DNA of 64,000 nt from Mytilus trossulus (lineage: Eukaryota), in contig NC_086383.1 of assembly GCF_036588685.1 (NCBI RefSeq), positions 46,128,001 to 46,192,000 of the forward strand, written 5' to 3'. The notes under the pieces are model-generated. The model worked only from the letters and a program-made list of their open reading frames with translations. It did not search any database and was not told the origin of the DNA. This document shows, in pieces, positions 53,712 to 64,000 of the stretch. The position numbers and the translations under genes were made by a program. Position 1 is the stretch's first letter. Each line of letters opens with the position of its first letter.

Positions 53712-56179
53712 AATTCTAGTCAAATCTGCACCTGGTTAAATAAGCACCTGGTTAAATCAGCACCTGGTCAAATAAGCACCCAGCATGGTGTAATCAGCAC
53801 CTAGTCAAATTGGCACCTGATTAAATTGGCACTAATGATATAGTCAATTCATCACCCATGTTTAGATTTGTGTAATATTTTTTTAAGTATTTTAAGCAAA
53901 ATCAGTAAAAACAAGCTAGGAATGGGTTATCAGTATTTACACAAGAAGAGTTAAATAAGGAAGGGTTTGTCAAGCAATATTCACTTAATAGTATTCACTA
54001 TTCTAAAATATGGGAGTTGATGTATTATTAATTATATATATACATGATATATGAGGTGTTGGATATTTTTTATGCAATTTTTAACCAGTTAACATTTTGC
54101 AGGATTGTTAACCCACCTTTATTGCTAATTACAAATGTTTTTTACAAGAAAGTTTAAATTATTGAAAGGGACTCATAGTTTTCCGTTTGATCACATTGCT
54201 ACTAATTGTCTCATTGTTAAACAACAACTTGGATAAGGACTTCATTGTCTCTTATAAATGAAGTTTAACAATGTAATCATTGTCATGATTGTAATGCATT
54301 ATAAAATCCAACCCCCAAAATAGCTCATGAATTTATACACTTTCAGAATTATTTATATATTATATCAAATATTATGGGGACGAAGTTCCCTATTACTGTA
54401 GAAAAATCAATAAAAATAATTTCCCGAATTTTTAATTCTAATGAACTCAAAATCGCTAACTTTTTTTTCAAATCTACATTTTTGTACTTTCTGTTCCGGT
54501 CTTGTTTGCATGAGACTTTGAATAAAATGTATATTTATCAACATATCAACAAATATTAGGATGGAATTCAACACCTTGGCCCAATCGTTTTTAATAATTG
54601 TTTGATATGAAAAAAAACATTACATTGAATACAACGTCATAACTTAAATAAGGTCACAACTAAATCCCTAACAACAGAACCAATATCCGAAACGTTAGTG
54701 TATTTCCGTTTCTTTTATGAACATATTTGAATTAAAAAAAAATTAATACAGACTTCCTCCCCATATACAGGTAGGAAATGCCTGTCTCATAATAGGCCAA
54801 CGTAAATTAATTAGAAGATTTTCATCCCAATTTTTGAAGATAATGGGGCGGTGGGAGGATTTTATTTTTTAAATTTTATTTCATGTGAAACCCTTTTGCA
54901 TGTTTTGTGACGAATTCTTCATATATGCAAGTGTGTAATAATAAACTTATATCATGTATTGTTAAGGCCGTACAGTGACCTATAGATGTAAATGTCTGTG
55001 TCATTTTGGTCTTTTGTGGATAGTTGTCTCATTGGCAATCATACCACATCTTCTTTTTTATATACACAAGTATGAGGAATCTTACATAATTTTTCAAATC
55101 CTTAAATAAATATATCTAATTGTGGCTTTCAAAATTTAACAACAAAAACGTGTGAGAAATACTCTCTTCGGTTAGACTACCTACACCAAATGTATTTGGG
55201 TTTCTAAACAATGGTTTGTAGTCCCATAAAATAAAGCAAATGCATTGGTATGCAACACAATTATTATAAGTACAGAAAAAAATTAAAACTCAGAGTGTTG
55301 AAAATAATAGGGTTGGTACTTTATATGCAAGATGAAAATATAATCATCATGTAAAACATGAAATTAATAATAAAAAAAAGTTGTGGTGTAATGACTCTTT
55401 TTGGGTGTATTGGAACATTTGCTGTTTGTCAACATAAAAAGACAGCCATGGGTAAAATCAAAGGGCTTGCATAATTAAAATGCATATGTTAGTTGACTTT
55501 TTAAATTCAATAAACGGTCATAAATCTGACAAGTTCGTGCTTGTATTTCAATATCTATAATCCAGTCATATTTTCTGTATCAATGGTTTCCACAAATCTT
55601 GTGCTTTGGGTATCATTTACAGTATAAATTTCCTGAGACAAAGTCATTGCATCAATAAAAAAGTCCGCAGTTTTCTAATCACAGAAATTTGTGACATACC
55701 GCGATTTGCAGTTTGGAAACAGCGTTTTTCTCTTAACACCAATATTTCACGTCATTCTCGTTTATATCAATCTGTTACTCTCGGAAGATGATGTTGTCAT
55801 CATAGAGCAGCGAAAAGGTCGACTAAATCATTTTTGTTAGATTTACTTGAGGTACAAAACCGAAATTTGAAACAGGAAGCTTTGAGGATGAAACGAAATT
55901 TTAAAGGTTACAGGTCATCCGGTAACATGAAATGAACGAAATCCGGATATCCTAAATTTTATAAAATAAAAAAATTCGGGGCGGGACGATTTCAGAGGGG
56001 TGGGCAGGGATGAAAATCTAACAATTAATATTAATTGGCCTTATTGGAAACAATGGACTTAAAATAGGTGCCGATTTGACTAGATGCCGAGTTAACCAGG
56101 TGCCAAATATTTGACTTTTTCTACTGCCAGTATGGGTGCCGATTTGACTCTTTCTATGTGTGTCGATTTGACTTGTACC
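53712..56179. mobile_element. Probable non-autonomous DNA transposon with clustered inverted subterminal repeats
   Basis: Repeated tcaaatcagcacc motifs at 53718-53860 and their reverse complements ggtgccgatttgac at 56067-56172; ends are approximate. Confidence 0.5.
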
Positions 56180-58278
56180 AACATAATATTTTACCAAGAC
56201 AAGAGCCACGAGTCCAATTAGAATTTATGTTCATGCATTCAGCACAACATAATGGAAAATTCTTTGGAGGTGTTGCACTCTGAACAGCTGAACTTGACAT
56301 GGTTTCCAAAAATCATTATCATTATAAAATAATCAAGCATCAATATTTTCTCATATACAAATGTACAAGAGCGAGAGTAAACTGGTAAAGATCATGGTGA
56401 ATATCATACCTTTACTTTTTTATTTAGACCATTTTCCCCTTTTACCCTTTCCTGATGAAAAACTTGGGTAGTAGTAAACAATCTAGTGGAAAATTTAGTT
56501 TTTTTGGAAATAAAAGACTTCAATAATTGGTGATTAAAATTTCTTAGAACGTAAGAAATGTTCATTTTGAGATTTTTTGGTTTTATAACAACAGGAAGTT
56601 TTCGTTTCTATTCTAATTCAAAAACCAATTTCGGGAGACACGGCGTAAACGGGATTTTTTGACTCACATGATACAGTGGTAGGGGATACTCTTCCAATAG
56701 AGTTATTATTTGATCATAAAAGGGGGGAATGTAAAACTGCAAAAAGTCATAGGATATACTACATGAACCGTTCAAATCAAAAATGCATTAAAATTTGAAT
56801 CATTCGCGGATATTCTTTCATTGCTTTTCCGTTCTAATTTATTTTTAGGAAACTCTATTTACCGGAAGCACGTGTATATTTTTCTGTTGACAAACATCAG
56901 ATTTACTATCCATGCATCACGTTCAGGAATAACGTTTACAATTACTTTGCAATTATGTAAGGTTATACTTTTCATTCAGGTCAAATCTATATTAAACCAA
57001 TCACCCGGACAAAACGTCTGGCAAGGCTACTTTTTTTCTGGTACGAATTGGATAAAAAAAGTCAAAATCGAAAAATACCCACAGCAGACGGCATAATTAT
57101 CTGGACTTCCATTACTCTATAGTGTGTGATAACATTGTGTGAGGGATTTCGACGTTTGCTGTACCACTGTTCACTCCAGTGCAATTTATGACAATACCAC
57201 TGCATCAATCAGAATTATTTTTTTGCATTTTTTTAACATGTTTAAGAAATGATTTTGCTTTGTTGTCGCGTATAGTTGAGAAACATTCAATGTTTTAAAA
57301 AGGCAATTTTTCTGTATAAAGTCAATGATTATGTTGACTTTTGAAGGCCAAACTTTCTACAGCCTTGAATACGCTAATGAAAGAACCAAAAACTATATCA
57401 ATACATAATAACATGTTTATCAAATTATAACAAATCTATTGGTTAACAAATTTTTATTCGTTATTGCAGAATAATGAACTAAAAATATCTGACATTTTCT
57501 CCCTACCCAGTTTACCCCTATACATTTTTATGAAGTGGACTGGTCATTGACATTGTTATTGAATTGTAGGCGATTTGATTGGATTAAATTATTATTAGTT
57601 TTCCTTCAAACTTGTTTATGCTTTTCATACATGACTATTGATTAATTAAAACGTGCATGAATGTTTACGGTAACTAATATGACCTTCAGACTGGACACTG
57701 GACGAGTCAATATTATGTTTTATCAATGAAAGTTAAGGTTTGAAAGGTAAGAATTGCCAATTATTTTATTTTCACAAAATTTTCGGAATGTACAGTTGAA
57801 AGGTTATTTTTTAAAAGCATATTGTGAAGATTAAAGAGAAAGTTTACAAATAATACGTTTTGTTCCATTAAACAAGTCATTTTCGTAAGAGAAATGCAGA
57901 AATATATTTTACGCACGACTACGGCAGGTAAAATTATTATTCATCATAATAAAAAAAAAGCATTTTTCAGTCTCATTGGAATAAGTTCATTACAATTAAT
58001 CCCAAACTTAAGAAGTAAGTAAATAAAGTCAAAATATATCCGATCTGCTTATTTCTGCAAATCAAAAGTCAATACGATCGTTTTAAAGTCAATTTCGTCT
58101 ACCTCACACAATCTTGTTAGGCACTATAGTCCAAATAATTAGGCTATAACACTCATTTTTTTTAACCCCTTACATGTACGTGATGTAAGGTGTAAAAAAA
58201 AGAGGATAGGAATTAAGCATCCAAGCATAATATTAAAAAAGCCTTCCTATTAGACGTCTTATTTTTGGATTATCATTA

Positions 58279-58512
58279 GGCCTAAAATAAAATATTATTT
58301 GTTTCCCTTATCCTGACCAACCCTGCAAAAATGGTGCTACATGTACTCATAAAAATTTATTGTTATAACTAAGTCAAATATTATTTTATTCATTTTGGAT
58401 TTTCAGGCTAGCAGGACTTTTTGGAAAAATTAAATTATTTCCCAACCTACCGACCCACACCTAGCTTGGCAGGGTCGGGATTGGGGAAACAAACAATATA
58501 CTAATTTAGGCC
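58279..58512. mobile_element. Tourist/Harbinger-type MITE
   Basis: TTA|GGCCTAAA..TTGTTTCCC ... GGGAAACAA..TTTAGGCC|TTA. Confidence 0.75.
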
Positions 58513-59412
58513 TTACCATGACTCAGTCAAAATAATTATAAGTCTGCTCTGACGTCCAACAGCTGTTTTGCCAGACAAGCTTGGGCCGTGGGACGTCAGA
58601 GCTCGTCCAATATCAAAATGTGGATATTTGCCCATCCAAAACAGATGCGCTGCTTCGTCGCTTTTGATACTAACAGACAGCCCTGGAATTATATAAATCG
58701 GGTATCAATTTGTTCATTTTTAGCTTACCTGGCCTAAAACGCAAAGTGAGCTTTCTCTTTACTTGGTGTCGGGCGTCCATTGTCGTCATCCGTCGTCGGT
58801 AACTTTTACAAAAATCTTCTCCTCTAAAACTAACAGACAGCCTTGGAATTATATAAATCGGATATCAATTTGTTAATTTTTAGCTCACCTGGCCTAAAAG
58901 GCAAAGTGAGCTTTTCTCGTCACTTGGTGTCGGGTGTCTGTTGTCGTATCCCTCGTTGTTAACTTTTACAAAAATCTTCTCCTCTAAAACAACTGGGCCA
59001 ACATGGCCAAATCTAACCAAACTTGGCCTCAATCATCATTGGGGTATCTAGTTTAAAAAATATGTCTGGTGACCCGGCCAAACAACCAAGATGGCCACCA
59101 TGGCTAAAAGTAATTCCACATAATTAATAATGCCAATAAATAACAAGTTCTGGGTCGATTCCGATAGTATATTCACCTGTTACCTATTATATCTTAACTG
59201 TACATTCCGCATCTCACAGGCTCACCACCAAAGTTTGACGGTGTATTTAGGATTTTGCTATATACAATATACACAGGTCATACTCACGGGGTAGACACTA
59301 CTAAATTCAATCATTGTCAAGTGGTTCCCTATTGTAGTATTTTAATCAGAAATACTTTCTAAGATAACAATACGAATACTAAAAATCACGACTTAAAATA
59401 AGGCATATACAA

Positions 59413-60204
59413 CAGTCAGGGGACTTACTGAAATAAGTGATTTTTAAATCACTTATTTGAGTAGCAAATTCAAGGTTTTGTTAAAAATTGGGATTTTGTA
59501 TTTTTTTCAAAATTTGAAACACATAGGTTTAAATAATATCTTTAAATTAGACAAATTAAAAAATATGAACTTTTTGCTTCTTTTAAGTCATTGTAAGTAG
59601 CAAGGTGTATGCCTTTGATGCTATCATTTAGCTGAAAATTCTATTTTAGTTGAAAAAATGCTATAATAATGGCTTTACATAATGAACTGACCCTTTCTCA
59701 AAAGATTTTTCACAGCAGTGGGAGTATTTTTCCTGTGAAGTTCAAGGTTTCATCTTTAAGATTATGTAATAAAATTCAACTGTTCGCGATAAAAATTTCA
59801 CTGTTTGGGGGTGTTGAAATTAGTGGGGGTTATCATGGTTATTATAAGAATGATACTCAAAGAAGTGATTTTTGGGAAGGAAATTGAAGTCTGATACTTA
59901 AACAAGTGATTTTTATGTCATAATCCTAGATTCAGTACAAGGTCATCACCTGAAATGACCTGGTCATCCTAGACAACACAGATGTTGTTTCTGATAAGTT
60001 AAGAAACATATTTAGTCCCTGGATCATTAGTATTCTATATTTAAAGCTACAATAAAATTAAATCACTTCTTCTAGTGATTAATTTGTACTACTTAAATAG
60101 GTGATTATTAAAGAAAGACAACTCTAACTTCCAACCTTTATGGAAATAATGTTACTTGAATCAGTGATTTAGAAAATCACTTGTTTAAGTAAGTCCCCTG
60201 ACTG
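59413..60204. mobile_element. Tc1/mariner-type MITE
   Basis: TIRs CAGTCAGGGGACTTACTGAAATAAGTGATTTT / AAAATCACTTGTTTAAGTAAGTCCCCTGACTG, with TA on the right flank. Confidence 0.8.
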
Positions 60205-60937
60205 TACAATGTACATGTACAATGTAGGTACAGTTTTTTAATTTGTTAATGCGCATGACGTAAAACAGCGAATCAAATAGGTCAAGTTTATTTATACATG
60301 TAACTAAGGCCAGGATTTTTTATAATGTTGGTTTACAGATCTGCCAACCTGATTTTGCCGATTTCCAGAATAAAAATAAAATTGACTTTTCACGCTTTTT
60401 TATTCCCGCCGACCCTAAAAAATGCATTATCCCTGAAAAATAACCTTTTTTTTTTTAAATGAAATGCATTGAATACATGTATAATCACTAACAAAATTTC
60501 TGTAGTGAAAAAATAAAACTTCCAGTTTACGTTTCTAAAATTAAACAAATCAATTATAACTGACCTTGAAATGTTGTTTGCGCAAATAATTTTGCGAAAT
60601 GAAACCTGTGTATAAAACCACTTTTTACCAATTACACAATAACTTTGTTTCCCGTCTTTGTCATCAGTCTGTAAGATGCATCATCCGATAGAAATAGACT
60701 TGTCCAAATGTGGACAGGTGGAAGACATCAAGTTAAAGTACTGAATATTAAAAAATCATTTGGAATTTTCTTTTTTCATACTTAATGAAAAATATAATGT
60801 CCATTTGGATTAAAAAAACAGGAATGCATGACAACAGATAAATCCTATATTCTCATTTTTCCAGTGGTCGAATCTATTACATTTTTGACACGTGTGTTGA
60901 AACTTATTTTTGTACGACTTTTTACATTTTTTTTCCT

Positions 60938-62892
60938 TTTTATACGACCGCAAATTTTGAAAAAATTTTCGTCGTATATTGCTATCACGTTGGCGTCGTC
61001 GTCGTCGTCGTCCGAATACTTTTAGTTTTCGCACTCTAACTTTAGTAAAAGTGAATATAAATCTATGAAATTTCATCACAAGGTTTATGACCACAAAAGG
61101 AAGGTTGGTATTGATTTTGGGAGTTTTGGTCCCAACATTTTAGGAATTAGGGGCCAAAAAGGGCCCAAATAAGCATTTTCTTGGTTTTCGCACTATAACT
61201 TTAGTTTAAGTTAATAGAAATCTATGAAATTTTGACACAAGGTTTATGACCACAAAAGAAAGGTTGGGATTGATTTTGGGAGTTTTGGTTTCAACAGTGT
61301 AGGAATTAGGGGCCAAAAAAGGGCCCAAATAAGCATTATTCTTGGTTTTCGCACAATAACTTTAGTTTAAGTAAAGAGAAAATAATGAAATTTAAACACA
61401 ATGTTTATGACCACAAAAGGAAGGTTGGTATTGATTTTGGGAGTTTAGGTCCCAACAGTTTAGGAATTAGGGGCCAAAAAGGGACCCAAATAAACATTTT
61501 CTTGGTTTTCGCACCATAACTTTAGTATAAGTAAATAGAAATCTATGAAATTTAAACACAAGGTTTATGACCATAAAAGGAAGGTTGGTAATGATTTTGG
61601 GAGTTTTGGTCCCAACAGTTTAGGAATAAGGGGCCCAAAGGGTCCAAAATTAAACTTTGTTTGATTTCATCAAAAATTGAATAATTGGGGTTCTTTGATA
61701 TGCCGAATCTAACTGTGTATGTAGATTCTTAACTTTTGGTCCCGTTTTCAAATTGGTCTACATTAAGGTCCAAAGGGTCCAAAATTAAACTTCGTTTGAT
61801 TTTGACAAAAAATTAATCGGTTGGGTTCTTTGATATGCTGAATCTAAAAATGTACTTAGATTCTTGATTATCGGCCCAGTTTTCAAGTTGGTCCAAATCG
61901 GGGTCCAAAATTAAACTTTGTTTGATTTCATCAAAAATTGAATAAATGGGGTTCTTTGATATGGCAAATCTAATTGTGTATGTAGATTCCTCATTTTTGG
62001 TCTTGTTTTCAAATTAATCTACATTAAAGTCCAAAATGTCCAAAATTAAACTTAGTTTGATTTTAACAAAAATTGAAATCTTGGGGTTCTTTGATATGCT
62101 GAATCCAAACATGTACTTAGATTTTTGATTATGGGCCCAGTTTTCAAGTTGGTCCAAATCAGGATCTAAAATTATTATATTAAGTTTTGTGCAATAGCAA
62201 GTCTTTTCAATTGCACAGTATTGCGCAATGGCAAGAAATATCTTATTGCAAAATATTGTGAAATAGCAATTTTGTTTTTAATTAGAGTTATCTTTCTTTG
62301 TCCAGAATAGTAAGCAAGAAATATCTAATTGTAAGAATTTTTTTTATTTTGAGTTATCTTTCTTTGTCCAGAATCAACTTTAATCTTTGTTATATATACA
62401 ATATACAATGTAAATTCACTTTTTACTACCAACTGATAAATTAAAATAATCTTTACCATTCAGTGATAACAAGCAGTTTTTTTACATCTTAATATTTTAT
62501 GATGTATTTAAATGAGTAGTAATTGTTGCAAACTCCATTCGAAATTTTAATTGAGATTAGTTTTGGAATAAGGGAAAGGGGGATGTGATTAAAAAAAATG
62601 GGTTCAATTTTCTCATTTGAAATTTCATAAATAAAAAGAAAATTTCTTCAAACATTTTTTTGAGAGGAATAATATTCAACAGCATAGTGAATTGCTCTAA
62701 GAGAAAAACAAAAATTTTAATTTCATTAGAACACATTCATTCTGTGTCAGAAACCTATGCTGTGTCAACTATTTAATCACAATCCAAATTTAGAGCTGAA
62801 TCCAGCTTGAATGTTATGTCCATACTTGCCCCAACCGTTCAGGGTTCAACCTCTGCGGTCGTATAAAGCTACGCCCTGCGGAGCATCTGGTT
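60938..62892 (+). mobile_element. Complete HINE/Helentron-like element with internal tandem arrays
   Basis: Subterminal inverted repeats TTTATACGACCGCA / TGCGGTCGTATAAA, a (GTC)n microsatellite, ~4 x 160-bp units, then alternating 136/125-bp units, a 3' hairpin and a TT end. Confidence 0.8.
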
Positions 62893-62944
62893 CAGTTTTG
62901 GTGCTTAAAGATCATTATTCACCAAGTTTTCTGGAATTGATTAA

Positions 62945-63651
62945 GAGCCACGCGAATCTGTTTTTCTTGTTTGTAAAATGACAATTTAATTTTGTCTTTG
63001 TCCGTTTATCAGCCATGTCAGCTAACAATACCAATACTAAAAACAGGCTTATGCATAGTTATATACAGTCACCGACCCGCGATATCATCGCGACGTCAAA
63101 CTGTGACATATCGGGAAAAGATGCATTTTTCGACTGATTTTTATCATTCAAACGGATTTAATTTGAAAACGAGTTCATGGACTCCTATTTTTCAAAACGG
63201 CATTTGGTTTCATTTTGCAGGGAGATTATGTGACCCAAATTTTATAAAACTGTAAATAGAGGATTTTTTTTAATTGTGATAAACATGCAGTAAATAATTA
63301 CGTTTATTCCTCAATTCACGAACATTTGATAAAAATGAGTCATTTCTGAATAAAAAAATGCATATTTTTTAAAGATATTTTTAAAATACGGAAATCACCG
63401 ATTATTTAACAACAAAAAAAACTGTTTTTATCTTTTATAACAAAAAAGTTATGTCTTTCGTTCGAAAAAGAAATTACGGCCACAAATCTGAATTTCGAGC
63501 AAATATACAAAATTTCGACCTCATTTTACGCAAAAAGTAGCACATGAAGGTATATTTGTTATTACATATTTGATTTAATCAGGTAAAAAATAGCCTATAG
63601 GCAAATTTTCATGAACTTGTAAATACAGGATCAAAACTGTATCGTATGCCC
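62945..63651. mobile_element. Possible TTAA-flanked MITE
   Basis: TTAA|GAGCCACGCGAATCTGTTTT versus the reverse-complemented TTAA|GGGCATACGATACAGTTTT (imperfect match). Confidence 0.4.
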
Positions 63652-64000
63652 TTAAACACAGAGCCTTGTTTTTCACTGAACAGCAAGCTATAAACATGAT
63701 AAACAATAATAAAGACATGATAGGGCCCCAAAAATGACTTGTATAATAAAATTATACCATTCAAAAGGAAAACCCTTAATTTGAATCGTCCTCTGTTTTT
63801 AGAAAACACACTACATTTGTAGTTGACACTTCATTCCAAAAAACTAAAAAAATTGAAAAGACAAACAACAGTTCTCAAAACACAAGATAAGTCTTTAAGA
63901 CAGAGCAACAGAAACCTCACCAAAATGGAGGTACTAAATGGGTAGGTCTACAAATGGTTTAGAAGTACATGAAGTAAAAACCAATTATGTTGTTTATGAT

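Overview
AT-rich, intron-containing animal DNA. The repeat families and retrozymes suggest a bivalve, probably Mytilus (inference). The centre (~12.9-40.4 kb) holds a minus-strand tandem cluster of Deltex-family E3 ligase genes: two intact paralogs with 4 coding exons each (~656 and ~649 aa) and a third, truncated copy. Each intact protein joins a low-complexity N-terminus, a divergent macrodomain, a C3HC4 RING and a Deltex C-terminal (DTC) domain. This effectively puts a PARP9-like ADP-ribose reader and a DTX3L-like ligase in one chain. A DCC1/DUF393 thiol-disulfide oxidoreductase gene (two exons found) lies at 50.2-51.9 kb. The window also has ~350-360 bp repeats carrying type I hammerhead ribozymes (non-LTR retrozymes; 8 motifs in 2 families with covarying stems). 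Other repeats include a Penelope-like RT relic, two decayed PIF/Harbinger transposons with nested insertions, a solo LTR, several MITEs and HINE-like elements, and a 63-bp satellite with higher-order structure. All calls were made by eye, without database searches.
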